Positions 13,924-27,132 of a stretch of 64,000 nucleotides of DNA are shown here, one piece after another. Source of the stretch: Vicugna vicugna. Taxonomy: Eukaryota. The translations under genes and the position numbers were made by a program. The notes under the pieces were generated by a model. The model had not been told where the DNA came from. It did not search any database and saw only the letters and a list, made by a program, of their open reading frames with translations. Each line of letters begins with the position of its first letter. Position 1 is the first letter of the stretch. The stretch covers positions 8,107,627-8,171,626 of the forward strand of contig MU058423.1 in assembly GCA_013265495.1 (NCBI GenBank), given 5' to 3'.

Positions 13924-14410
13924 TTTTAAAGATAGATTTTATTCTTAGAGCAGTATTAGATTCACAGCAAAATTGAGCAGAAGGTATAGAGTTCCCATAT
14001 ACCTCCTGTTCCCATGTGCAGAACCTCATCCATCAACATCCCCCACCAGAGGTACACTTGTTACAGCTGCTGAATCTACACTGTCACATCATTATTCTCC
14101 AAAGTCCAGTGTTCACATTAGGATTCACTCTCGGTACTGTACATTCTATGGATGTTGACAAATGTATAATGACATGCATTTGCCATTCTATTCTTTTACA
14201 GAGCAGTTTTACTGCCCTAAAAATCTTCTGTGCTCCGCCTGTCCACCCCTTCCCCCGTACAACCCCTAGCAACCACTTGTTTTACTTTCTTCCTATGTTG
14301 CTTTTTCCATAATGTCATATAGTTGGGATCATACAGTTTGTAGCCTTTCCAGACTGATGTCTTTCACTTAGAAATAGCACGTAAGTTTCCTCCGTGGCTT
14401 TTCATGGCTT
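13924..14410 (-). mobile_element. L1MC1/2-like LINE-1 3' end
   Basis: tagagcagtattagattcacagcaaaattgagcagaaggtatagagttcccatatacc..ttgacaaatgtataatgacatg. Confidence 0.85.
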
Positions 14411-14629
14411 TTCCACTGCATTGTCATTGTTCGTAGACGTGGATACTAACCAAAATCTAAGGGCACAGTTAAAGGGAACAGAGGGTCCAGGGACTAGATG
14501 ACGTAAGTTTCACAAGAAAGAACTAGAAAGAACACAGTAAAGCAGTGTCTTCCTACACCTTTAAAGCCACTCCACTCTCCATTTTAGTCATTTCAAACAA
14601 AACATCAAAAACAAAGTATGGGAGGCTGA

Positions 14630-14810
14630 GGGGCACAATGGAAAAAGCCAGAGAGATCTGGCTGGACTCCCACTCCTGTGTAACTGGGAGATATCTGGCA
14701 AGTTTCTTAGCCTTTCTGATCCTCAGTTTTCTTACCATAAAAAGAGGCTGTTCTTAGGATTTCACACAACACCAGCCTGGTATCCAGCACACTACAAGCA
14801 CTCCAAAAAA
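14630..14810 (+). mobile_element. MIR SINE
   Basis: ggcaagtttcttagcctttctgatcctcagttttcttaccataaaa (MIR core). Confidence 0.65.
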
Positions 14811-17800
14811 ATTATTATAGTATCATAATGCGGATATACATATATAATGTATAGAATGAATAATCAGAAAGTTGTTCAGTAAGCATGTCAACAGTGCAAA
14901 GGAAGGTAGGACAATTTCAAGGGATATTTCATCCAAGCCAATACACATAATGTTTGTATATAATGATTAACAGTGAGGCATGCTCTCCCCATGAACTTTA
15001 AACTGAAGAAAATGAATGCATCTTCTGAATTAGAAAAATCCATATACGACGGTTGTATTAACCACTTGTGGATTTTAACTGATAGGTCGAAAGAATTTAG
15101 GAAAGCTCAAAACTCAAATCAAAGTGATTGTAATTTGGCAAGCAAGAGCCATTTCGACCGAACTGTACCATGTCTAAAGAAGGACTAAGTGAACTGAAGG
15201 AAGATGGTCAGATAGGAAAAAAATAAAAGACACCAACATGAAGGAGATTAGCAGTAATTTCCAGCCTAGCTGGGGAGAGTGACAGGGCATATGGAGCATG
15301 GGAACGCCCTAGGCAGGTTACCCTATTGTAGAGCAGGTATGATTCATTGGGCATCACTTGGCTTGGATGAAATATCTCGTAAAATTAGTCTACCTTCCTT
15401 TGCACTGATAACATGCTTACTGAACAACTTTCTGATTATTTATCTGACTTCTGGGTATATTGATTCCAGAGGTGACAAAGTGTCCCAAACAGCAATCACC
15501 GTCCCACTCTAGAAAATAACATTTTCCATTGTATATTCATCAGTTTTCGATCTGGGTTATCTACTTCAATCTCCTTTAAGTTTGACTGATACACTTCTCA
15601 AGTCCAGTGAATCCTGGGACACTGGAGGATTCAGAGTTGGTCTGAACCACAGTAAACCCACCAGCTGATGGATCTTTTGTAGCCAGCCCGTCTTCTCTTG
15701 GTGGCATCGCATCTTACTTTCTTCTCACTACCTCTGTGCCCTGTCCTTTTCTACTTATAATAGGAATTAGTGTCAAGTAAATATAATGTTTAATTTCCAC
15801 TTGAAGGTAGAAGGAATTTTTCAAGAGAAGACAGTGCTCTCACAGGAAAGGAAATGAAGGAGATGACCCTTTCGGTCAACAGAATAGAAAAGAAATTCCT
15901 CCAGTTTTTCAGTTAATTCAGTGGTGGTGGAGGAGGGGGGGGGCACCAATTCTCAAATAAAATAAAATACAACAAATTTTAAGACAAGACTATAAGAGAT
16001 AGTCATACCATGAGCAGCAGAGGAAACAATTCCAATTATCTGAGGTGTGGACAATACTTCTCAAAGCAAAATAAAATACAAACATTGCAAAGACAAGAAA
16101 GAAAAATATGTGCCCCCAAAAAGAAAGAGACAGAGATCACTATTTTCAGGAAGGGCTATTGTGAAACAAAAATAAAGACCTCCTTGTTATAGTGCTTGCC
16201 CATTAAAATTTACAGAATTTAAGATGAATGGCCCTGAAAGCTGAACCAAATTGAATCCATTTTAGTGGACTACTCAAGATGGGGAGCTATCTCTCAGGTC
16301 CTTTGGAAAATAATGGAATTCAAGTGCAGTACTAATCCAATAAGAGTTTTCAAGAGTCAATATCAGCTGCTTAGCATGGTGATAGCTGCAAAGCCATTAC
16401 TGTTGACTCCACTTCCACTACTCAGAAGTATTGCTTTGCTATTAAACTGTGGCTTTAGGGGATATTTAGGCCTCTAGCCCCTAAGCATCCCTTATAATTT
16501 ATTCCAACTGGAAGATTTGCATCAAGGATAATTTAAAGTCTTCAGGCTCTATTCTCTCCTGGTGCAGGAGCATAACTCCCATTAGCACTAATGAAAGCTA
16601 TCTCTACATCTCAAGCAGTGTACCTCTCCTAAGTGTTAAAGAACCAAAACATTTTATGTCCTGTGAGAGAAGCAGCATTAAAGAGAATCTGGATACAATT
16701 TAACAAGGTTAAAATGAAAGTGTGAATTGTTTTCCGGATGACAGTATTCCTTAAAAAGTATGTCATGTTTCTGTCCAAAAAAACAACAGGGTTCTTACAG
16801 ACTCACTGGGGGAATAAAAAGGATTCTCAACCAACACACAAAGAATACAAAATACTTCTATTTTTAAAAAGAACGTTGGGGGTTTGAGATTGCTATTCTT
16901 ACCATTTTTTTTTTAAGAAGAGAGGGATATTTGTGTTCTAAGAGTATAATATTTTATCTAAGGAGTGTCTCTTTGCCTAGGGTCAGAAGGTCACCAAGTC
17001 TCGTGCAGGCCCTATACCGCCTTTAACTAGATTATTAGAAATTTTCTTTTCGTAAATTGGTGACTAAAAGCCTGTCATTTCCCATCTCCATTGTACTCAA
17101 CTGCTGTTGCATTGTTTTTCGGGCCAGCGAGCTGCTGGATTTCTCCACTGAATAACCCCAAATCACACGGCGAGCAGCCTGCAGCCCTTTCTTCCTGCAG
17201 CATTGCCAGCCTTGGAGCTTGCTCCTGCAGGTTGTCCCGGCCAGCTGGGGAGCCTGCCTGGAATGCCCACACCTCGGGACTGCCGCAAGAGAAAAGCCAC
17301 TCCAAACCCAGTCCCCAAACTCCTTAATGAAACCAAAGGGATATTTAGTGTTTTCTGAAAATACAGAAATAATTCTGAGGAAGATAAAAATTTCATCATA
17401 TTTTGGAATCAAATGGCTGTTCAAAACACTGGGATAGCCTCCAAGTTTTGATGTGGGGAAAAATTTGGTTATCACAACATTATCACTGAGCTGTAAGCGG
17501 CACAAAACATTGATATAAAGCAGCATGACTGCTGATTAAACACTATTAGCATATTCAGTTGGAAACACAAATGTAAACACAGATTTCCAGTGCCTGCATC
17601 ACGTACAACTGCAATGTTCATGTTTGTGTAGGAGTGAGTAAACAGAGACTCGGGGACAGAAGAAAAGCTAGTGTGCACACTCAACGAATGTGTAAATGAA
17701 TAGAGTGGCTTAGAAGGTCTTATTTATCTTTAAAAAAAAAGCTGGTTAAGTTCTCTTTTATTTTTTTCCTTACAGCTTGTAGCTATTATGTACTTGTGAT

Positions 17801-19548
17801 CTTGCAAGTGGAATGTGGCTGGGAGCATATGTTAATAAAAGCGTGAGCAGGCACACATACCACATTCAAGCAACGATGTGGTTTCCTCTCAAACCGACAG
17901 ATGCAAGGCACTTGGGGAACTGAGGCTCTCCTCTGTTTCAACTCTCCACATTATGCTCCAGCACTTGGAGTCTGAGTACCTTAGCGCAGAGGGAAATAAG
18001 CAAGCCTTATGCTCACCAAGAACAGTAAGAGATGACAGACAGTCTGAAGCAGGTACTTTTGTTTGTCCTTTTTTTTTTTTTTTTTAGTGTTTTTCCCCCC
18101 AGCTTTTGATTTCTTACGTTTTCAAGATGGCAGAAACTCAGTCTCTGTTGTGTTTCTTCTGCACTGCGCTGACTCTCCCAAGCTCACAAGCCATCTATAG
18201 CCCACTTCTACAACCAGCCGGACCATACTACAGGTATTTTACAACCCTAGCTTCACCTTGCTTTCTCTCCCTCAAATTCCTAATTTGTTGTTGGAAGCCA
18301 CCTCAAATTCTTCATGGGATAAGGTTGGCTAGAAATAAATAATTTTAAAAATGCATGCATATTCATGGAGAAACATATTAAGATAATAGTGAAGTGGTGT
18401 TTATATTGGGCTGAAGTAGATTTTATCCTAAGCTCTGTAGGCATCAAGGATGGAGCACCTGAAAGAGAAAAAGCCTGAGATTCAAAAACCTGAATTTATA
18501 TACAAATTTTGCTTCTACCTAATGAGATAATAACTGCAATTTTCTCTCACTCACTTAACCTTTGTAAGCATAAATTTCTTAATTTGTAAAATGGAATAAT
18601 TGCTGTACATAAGTGGTTTTCCATTTTTTTTTTAAGAAATAAAATCCTTTATTGTGTGTGAAAGCCTGCCCAGAGCCACTACTCAAAAGGACCACAGTCA
18701 GAGTGGCTCAGCTGAAGCTGGATGGAGCGTGGCGTTCCTGCTCTACAACCTCCTCTCTCACCTCCCACCTCACCTGTATGGTTACCACCACCTCTTCCAG
18801 CACCACTGTGTGAAACACATCACCTCCACGGTCTCCCTCAAAGTGAAATGATTTTTATCCTAGACATACTTAGAACAAGAGTGGTAGTGAAAACATTTAA
18901 CATGTATAGTATGGGCACCAACCAGTCAGAATGGACTCCAGCTGAAACCAACCAGTAACCTACACCTCTGGCTACCAGGTGAAGGTCAGCCCTGACTTAG
19001 AGTATTCAGACCAAGAAAATTTCATCAATAATGAGTAACTGTAGCTCACTTATAGCGTGAAGACGTGGCAACACCTATTCAGCACGGCTGTTGGGAGAAT
19101 ACAATAAAATAATAACTATGAAAGTGTACCCCGAGCTGTGAAGTGTTGTACAAATGAAGGGGGAGCATACAGCCTCTTAACTCAATGCTCCTCAAACACA
19201 TACATCTCCCCAAAAACAAACGTCAGTTTTCAGATACAACGTAGCCTACTCTTTATCTTAAAATAATTATGTTCTCTAATTATAAACTCCATAGACACAG
19301 ATGACTGGAAGTTTTAGCCAGTTGGCCGTGATGCAGCACTTAACTTCTCCATCTGAAGCATCTGCGTTCAGGTGGTTCCTGCCATTCAGCTCTTCCTTAC
19401 AGGACTTTGGAGAGCTGGTAAGGTTCTGCTTCTAGATTTGGGTGCTGTTATATTTGGTCTGCATAAGTCTGTTGAGCTGTATTTTAATGACATGTGTACT
19501 CTTCTCTATGTATTTAGACTTCAATGAAGTTTTAAAAAAATCTTCCCC

Positions 19549-20060
19549 AATGGACTTGGAGGCCATTATGCTAAGTGAAATAAGTCAGACAGAGAAAGAC
19601 AAATACTGTATGGTATAACTTACATGTGGAATCTAAAAACTACAACAAACAACAAATACAACCAAAAAGAATGTAACAAAAAGAAGCAGACTCACAGATA
19701 CAGAGAACAAACTAGTGGTCACCAGTGGGGAGAGGGGAAGGAGCAATACAGGGGGAGGGTAGTAAGAGACACTGGATGTAAGAGAGGCTCAAGGATGTGC
19801 TGTACAACACAGGGACTGTAGCCAATGTTTTATAATAAACTGTAAATGGAAAGTAACCTTTCAATATTGTATAAAAAAGTTTAAAAATCCTCAACTATTA
19901 AAATGTCAGACATCTCCATCCCAATTTAAAATAATTAAATACTAATGTTTAAAAAAAAAGAATGAGTCATTGTAGAACAGGACATCTGTGGCCCCTTGAG
20001 ACTCAAAATTTCTCAAATTCTTTGTTTGCACAATAAAAATATCAACTCTTTGAAAAAGGG
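19549..20060 (+). mobile_element. 5'-truncated cetartiodactyl-type L1 with extra 3' sequence
   Basis: L1 3'UTR (attatgctaagtgaaataagtcagacagagaaagacaaatactg) to ~19885; perfect 15-bp TSD aaaaaaatcttcccc at 19534-19548 and 20061-20075. Confidence 0.85.
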
Positions 20061-20114
20061 AAAAAAATCTTCCCCCAAAACGGAAGATAGGCAATTCCTT
20101 TAGAGTCAAACATG

Positions 20115-20620
20115 CATACTAATTTTCTATTGATGTGCAACAAAAGATCACAAATTTAGGCACTTAAAATAATCCATGTGTTTATCTCACAGTTTTCATG
20201 TGTCAGGAGTCCAGTATGGCTTAGCTGGGTCCTTTAATCAGGGTCTTACGAGGCTGCAATCAAGGTACCAGCTGGGCTGCATTCTCATCTGGAGGCTTGA
20301 CTGAGGAAGAATTTACTTCCAAGCTCTTTCAAGTTGCTGGAAAAACTCATTTTCTTATGCTTGTAGGGCTGAGAAGCCATTTCTTACTGGCTACTAACTG
20401 GAGGCCCCCCTCTGGTTCTGGAGGCCACTCACAGTTCCCTGCCATGTGACTCTTCATAGGCAGTTTACAACAGGGCAGTTGTTTCTCCAAAGCCAGCAGA
20501 CTCTGCTAAGAGGGACTCATACATAATGAAATATAATCATAGACAGTATCACCTCCATCACTTTTGCCATATTCTGTTCGTCAGGAGCAAGTCACAGGTT
20601 TCAACCACACCAACAAAGGG
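20115..20620 (-). mobile_element. MaLR LTR (MLT1E/F-like)
   Basis: tttatctcacagttttc..gtcaggagtcc..ggcttagctgggtcct..ggctgcaatcaagg..tctcatctggaggcttgactg. Confidence 0.8.
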
Positions 20621-20629
20621 GGAATTCCA

Positions 20630-20790
20630 TTTTTCCTTCTCTGAGCCTCAGTTTTCTCAAGTGTAAGAAGGGAGTGAATAATGATACCTGCCTCATTATA
20701 TTGTTGAAAGAAATAAATGAGATATCATATAAAATGCTTAATAAAGAATTGGGCACCTAATAAGCTCTCAGTAAGTTAGCCATCATCTTA
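20630..20790 (+). mobile_element. MIR SINE
   Basis: ctctgagcctcagttttctcaagtgtaagaaggg..aaatgagat..gggcacctaataagctctcagtaa. Confidence 0.8.
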
Positions 20791-21524
20791 CTGCTTATCA
20801 TGTAGAGTCCTAAGTGTATCCAAATTAGGCCTCAGTATTATGTAACACATTAAAAGAAATTGAAGGTAGGTGAGAATCTAAAATAAGACTTCATTTTTTG
20901 AATTTTTTTGATATTTGCGGGAAAATAACATACTTTAAATGTGATGGGAAATTTATTAAACCTGAAATATTTTTGCCAATCTAGGCTGAAGATTTAGATA
21001 AGCCTGTTGTTATCTATTGCCCCATAATAAATTACCTTCAAATTTAATAGCTTAAAACAACAAACATTTATAATCTCACACATTTTCTGAAAGTCAGAGA
21101 CCAGAAAGTGACATAGCTAGTAGTTTCTGATGCAGTTCTTTGCTTTTTTATACCTTGCATCAATGAACAATCAATGAATACTAATATTCTTGCTCTTCTC
21201 AGACATTTTCATAATGTAATGTGGAATCAGTAAGAACTTGATCTGTCTGCCTTCCATGATATCACAAGCAAGAGTTTTATAAAATCTCATACCCATTTCT
21301 ATAGCCTCTCATGTATGTTTTCTCACCATTCACTATTCAACCTCCAACTCAATGCCACTGTTTTAAGTTTTTGTTATGGCATAACCCCACTTCAATTCCA
21401 TACTAGTTAACATAATACTAAAAGCGATAGCAAATTTCCCTGCTTTGACATGACAGATGTTGGGGTTTTTCCTGCTCACACACTAGCAGTCAGCACATAA
21501 GCAGTGGAGGAGACAGTCCTGCTC

Positions 21525-21961
21525 TGTGGTAGGCAGAATAACGGCCTCCCCAACACGTCCACAAACCTATGAGTTTGTTACCTTACAAGGTGAAAGGAAC
21601 TTTGTAGATGATACCACTTTCAGGATCTTGAAATGGAGAGATTATCATGGATATCCAGGTGGGCCCAATGCAATCACAAGGGTCTTTACAAGAGGGAGGC
21701 AGAAGGGTCGGAGTGAGAGAAGGAGATGTGACAATAGAAACAGAGGTCAGAACGATGACAGCAAGAAGCTACGAGCCAAGGAACCCAAGTCACCTGTAGA
21801 AGCTGGAAAAAGCAAGGAAACAGATTCCCCTCCCAGAGCCTCCGAAAGGAACACAGCCCTGCTGACCTTCAGAAGTGTAAGATAATAAATCTGTTTGTCT
21901 TAAGCCAGTAGGTTTGTGATAATTTGTTACCGTAGCAATAGGAAACTAAAAAAAAAATACA
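21525..21961 (+). mobile_element. MaLR LTR, MLT1D-like
   Basis: tgtggtaggcagaataacggcc, ccaggtgggcccaatgcaatcacaagggtc, agaagctggaaaaagcaaggaaacagattc, tagcaataggaaactaa; explains ORF 21526-21885. Confidence 0.9.
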
Positions 21962-22642
21962 TCCACAGAGTCAGCCAGGCATCCAAACTGAAAACCTACC
22001 ATCTTCATAATGTAAATCTGAAGCTTTGACTGAAGTTTATCTCCATTACAACCAGCTGAAAAAAGAGAGTATAAAGCATTTCCCATGCAAAGATGCATGG
22101 ACTAGGCACTTAGTGGCACTGAGATACAGCAGGGGCTGGAGTATGTAGGCTCTGGCTGGGAGGCTGCTTCCAGTAAGGGCTCCAGATACAAGGGACGTGG
22201 AAGCATGAATGCTGGTGGCAAGTGAGCCACAACCCCAGGCTGGAAACAGGCGGCTGAGTGAATCTGCATGTACTGGATGGTAAGCTCGCATACTCCTGTC
22301 CCTTAGTTGACTTCCAGAGCTCTGTTAGCAGGCTTATTCCCCTCCAAATACTCAGAGATTAGAGGAGTCACTTCTGGAGGAACTGTGCGGCCCAAGAGCA
22401 AAAACATGCAAATGTGGGTATTTACTGCTCAGGGATTCCCATCTGCACATCATTCAACAGGCCTCTCCTCCACCCTTCCACCCAGCTGCACAAAAAGATT
22501 TCAATCATTTTTCTAGTGTCTTAAATAAAAACAAAAAGAGTCAAGAATCATCAGACACTTTAGGAAAGCTTCCAATAGGAAAGACAAAGACCAAGAAAAA
22601 CAAACAGAAAGGGGATATTCAAAAAAACAATGAAATCCCAGT

Positions 22643-22837
22643 CTGTAATAGGTAAACAAGATTGTACTGTGTAGCACCGGGAAATATATACAGGATCTTG
22701 TGGTGGCTCACAGTGAAAGAGAACGTGACAATGAATGTACATATGTTCCTGTATAACTGAAAAATTGTGCTCCACACTGGAATTTGACACAAACATTGTA
22801 AAATGACTATAACTCAATAAAAAAAGTTAAAAAAAAG
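22643..22837 (+). mobile_element. Camelid-type L1 3' end
   Basis: tgtataactgaaaaattgtgctccacactggaatttgacacaaacattgtaaaatgactataactcaataaaaaaa plus A tail. Confidence 0.85.
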
Positions 22838-23907
22838 TAACAATGACAATGCTTGGTAGGTGGCAAAAAGAAAACAAGTTAAAACTTAATAACTTCTGTG
22901 AAATAAGAATATGTACTACATTCATGAAACCAGAAGGAAAAACACATTTTTAAAAGACCATGAAAGAAAGAAAAAGTCTTAGAAATTAAAAATGTGACAG
23001 CAAAATTTAAAAGAATTGATTTTTTTAAGATTGAAAGATTAAATCATGACTATATGTTAAGAAATAAAATATTAGAGCTGAAAATCTGGGTTTGTGGTGA
23101 AGACAGTTATATTCACCAAATATTCCACTACACGTCCCAGCATCCTTGGGACCATGCGGGGTCATGTGACTAGTTATGGTCAATTAAACGTGAGCAGAAA
23201 TGACATGTGTTACCTCCAGGCTGAGACAGAGAAAATTCTCCACTCTCTTCCCTGTTTGACATTGAGCTTTGTAGCAGATGGTAGAGCCTCCATCAGCTGG
23301 GTACCCGTGTGACCATGTGAAGCAGAAGAAAGCTCGCTCAACTTACTTCAAACATGAATATGAGACAAACGGTTGTTGGATTAAGTACTGAAACTTCACA
23401 ACAGAAATATGTCACAGTAAAATCTGGCCTGTACAAGAATCAATCCAGGACATTCAACATTTAAACTAACAGGAATTCCAGAACAAGAACGTTAAGAAAG
23501 TTGCTGATTTTTTTAAATCTAAATTTATGCTTCTACTTCATAAACAATATACATTCATTAATTTGATAACATTTGAAAATATTTAATAAGATAATTTTAA
23601 TATTCAGATTGGAAAAATGTTAAAGACTGATACTGAGCAGTATTCTCAAGATAACAGGGAAAAAATGCATGCTCATAAATGGGCTCATAAATCAGTAGGA
23701 CCTTTTAGAAAAGCAATACGGTATTGTCAATTAAATTTTAAATTTTCACATCAGTTATTCCAAATATAAGTGTGTTCAGAAATACACAAACGTATCTACC
23801 ACAGTATTCTTAGAATAATAGCATAGAATTAGAAATTACCCAAATATCAGTAGGGAAGCAGTTATACACAAGGTACATCCATATTCATCAATGCATGGAA
23901 TTCCATG

Positions 23908-23909
<2 letters not shown>

Positions 23910-23941
<32 letters not shown>
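23910..23941. repeat. (TG)n microsatellite inside an old L1ME-like fragment (~23600-24180)
   Basis: About 15 perfect TG units. Confidence 0.95.
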
Positions 23942-23944
<3 letters not shown>

Positions 23945-24639
23945 AAAGTAGATGTTTGTGTATGAACATGAAAAAATAAAAATGTCCATAATAAACTGTT
24001 GAGCAGAAAAAGCAAGATACAGAATAATATACATTGTATGACTGTCCATTTGTGTAACTAAAAAAGGGAAAGAGAATCTGCAAATGTCAGTGTGTGTGAG
24101 TGTGCACCACGTGCATGTGTGCTGAGAGGGATGAAAAGAAAAGATGCTAAAATTTTTACCATCTTCTTCCTCCTCCATCTTCATCACAAAGAAGAGAGAT
24201 GAATCTGACTTATTTGCTCAGTCAGCTTCAAGACCCTACTTTATTTTGCAGAATCTAGTTGCTGAAGGAAGAGAAAAATTGATTGATGTAATAGAGATCT
24301 ACACCAGAGAGAGGTGAAAAGAGAAGACAAGAGGGTTGGTCTGGACTGAATTGGGTGGAGGATTCAGAAAGCTTGGAATGAGAAAGGAGTGAATCAATAA
24401 GGACTTAGGGAAAGAAGTTTTTGAAGAAATTCTGTGATGCGTTGAGAATGTTCTCCCTGTGGATATTTTTATGCAAGACAAGTAAGATTCACATTACTTA
24501 TAATTATTTTCTTGGACTTTAGACTGTTTTTTCCCATGTAATTATTTCAGGGGACAGCTGGCTACACAAAGATTATAATTGTATTATAGACAATTATACT
24601 ACAGAAGATAACATATAAAGATAGAGGGAGATTTTATTC

Positions 24640-24665
24640 ATATATATATATATATATATATATAT
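24640..24665. repeat. (AT)n microsatellite
   Basis: About 13 AT units. Confidence 0.95.
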
Positions 24666-26511
24666 GAAAACACTGATTTTGTTTTATGTTTAGAAAATTT
24701 ACTGAAAAATAGAAATCAAACTGTTAACAGCAGAAACCTCTACAACATCAAACTAGATGAGAGGAAGTAGATCATATGGCCAAGAGGACTTTTATTTATA
24801 CATACATATATGCATCATTTGTAATACAGATTTTAACTGAAACAATGAAGAAAATAACAAATGCAAGCTATTACCTCTTTGAAAATGTGACATTTTCTTA
24901 TTTATGACTGTTAAGTAAAAACTGTATCTTATAGGTAATTTTCTCCTTCATTTCAAATCCCTCTCCTAGTCCACAGACAACGTTTATGTGCATATACAGG
25001 TCACAGAGACCCTTCAACTAAAATATTTAAATAATTGTGGTAAAGGGGGTTTTAAAGCTTAAAATAAGCATGTAATTATTCAAGTCGCCTACTCAATTTT
25101 CAAGTATAGACACATATCGAAAGCTCAGTTTTCACTAAGATTTTTTTCTGGAAACGCTCCTTCTGGACATGTTTAGTCTTCTACTCTCTAAACATGAACA
25201 TTCAAAAAGAAATATTTTTATATTGTGTTGTCAGATCTTTCCATGTTTGAGCTAGAGGAAAATGACATCTGAAATGATGTAACACAAAGTAACACTCTGT
25301 AGATACTTAATAAATAACATTTTTAAGATAGTAAGATTTTAAACCCAATAATAATGACTCTAAAAAAGGCACTACTCTCCAAATACATTTAGACAGAGGA
25401 TGTGTCTGGGTAAGAGATAGGAACTAGAGCGCCATCTAGCAAACATGATAGGTAACCACTAACATTCTCTTAACAGATCTAACAAAGCAAGGTTTAGTGT
25501 CCTTGAGTTCTATGTTGACTGTCAACCTTGGGAATTCCACTCAAGCATTCTTAGGCTTTCCAGAGTTCTGAACTTGTATATAGACCTTTAAAAGGCAGCA
25601 GGGAAAAGAACACTTTTCAATTTCATCAGGCCTGGCATAGAAAGGTGTCTTAGAGTAGAGTAAACACCAGTTATCTATAAATTTGATAATATATAAATGC
25701 CTTCGCTCTCACAAAAACATTAATATCATTTTATTTCTTAATAAAAGCATAATGTTGCTAAATTTGCTAATTGGTAATCTGGGCTATTTTCAGTCATTAA
25801 AGTATCAAAAAATTAAAAAAATTTTAAAAACCACATTCTGAGTCTCCCACCCAGCACGCGCGCACACACACACACACTTTCACTTACTGATGTTTTTAAT
25901 ACATACTGATATGCAGTATTTGTCAATTTATTCAAACCCCAGCTACGCAATCATTTTCAAGTAAAATTATGTATTTGAGCACACATTTGTGAACAAATGT
26001 AATTAAACTCAAAAGCCTCTTGGCTTTTCGAGGCCTTAAGCTCTAAATAATATGAAAATACAGTACCTGATATTTTGCTGCTAAAATTCCCAAAGTAGGG
26101 GGCGATAAACGTATGTTTTAGTGATGAAGCCCTGGGTGTCATAATCCCAGCTGGATTTCAGCAATAACGTAAAAAGTGTCACTTTGTAACAGAGAAGACA
26201 TGAATGAAGGAGTAGAAGAATTAATAAATAAAAATGTTATCACTATGTTTTCAATCATAGAGAAGATTTTGAAAACAATATTAATTTATTACTGTCTACT
26301 TATAAAGAACTTCTTCAAGAAACTCATTATGTTTGCAGTCTTAAAAATGCTTATATGAGGTTGCTTTTACTGTTTCCCAGCAGCAAGAAAAATACGGATA
26401 ATAACATGACCCTGCTGGACTACAACATATAGCCTTTTGTATCTTCAAATAAAGAGAAATATGAAAGATGTTGCTTAATTATGAATGTCCAACAAAATTA
26501 GATACTATTTA

Positions 26512-27132
26512 TATCAGACAGGGTTCTATTAGGAGACAAAGAGTATACAGGAATTTATGGGGAATGCTTAATATAAATGTTAATTAGCTTCAACAAGGGA
26601 TTGGCTAGTGAGAAGCAAAGAAAACATTAAGGAATACAGGAAGCGCAGATAAAGGAGCAGCCACTACCTTTAGGGCTGAGCTACTTCCGCACAGAAGACT
26701 CCTCTGCAAGGGCCCACCCAGCCCCTCACTGGAGAGGATGCAGCTGTGGCTCGTTGCACATAGAGAAGTCGCTGAGGTGCTGCGCCAGCACAACTCGCTG
26801 GCAAGTTGCCCTCTGGCGTCCTAAGGGAAGCCACCCTGCTGCAGAGCCACCTGCAGGGGAGAAGCCGCACTGATGCTGCAGGAGCCGGGTGCTGGAGAAG
26901 CACAGATGACGAAAGCCAGACCTTGGAAAAGCCAGGTGTGCGACGGAAGCCCGGAGAGAGGTGCACACAGGGTCCAGTAAAACGTAGGCCTTCCTCCAGT
27001 GTCCCCACGGCACCCTTCATCAACAAAACTTAATGCCTTCTCAGCCGGCAAACAGCCCGGTTCCACTATGACACAGCAGGCACTGAAGTGTGGACTGGGG
27101 GCTGAGAGGCAATCAGTTCGTCGCTGATGCAC
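26512..27132 (-). mobile_element. ERVL solo LTR, LTR41-like
   Basis: agggattggctagtgagaagcaaagaaaacattaaggaatacaggaa..aaggagcagccactacctttagggctgag and ..gctgagaggcaat end; source of the ORF cluster at 26605-27132. Confidence 0.75.

Noticed and set aside
26605..27132. Cluster of overlapping ORFs up to 118 aa
   Set aside because: Inside a GC-rich LTR41-like element; stop-poor by composition.
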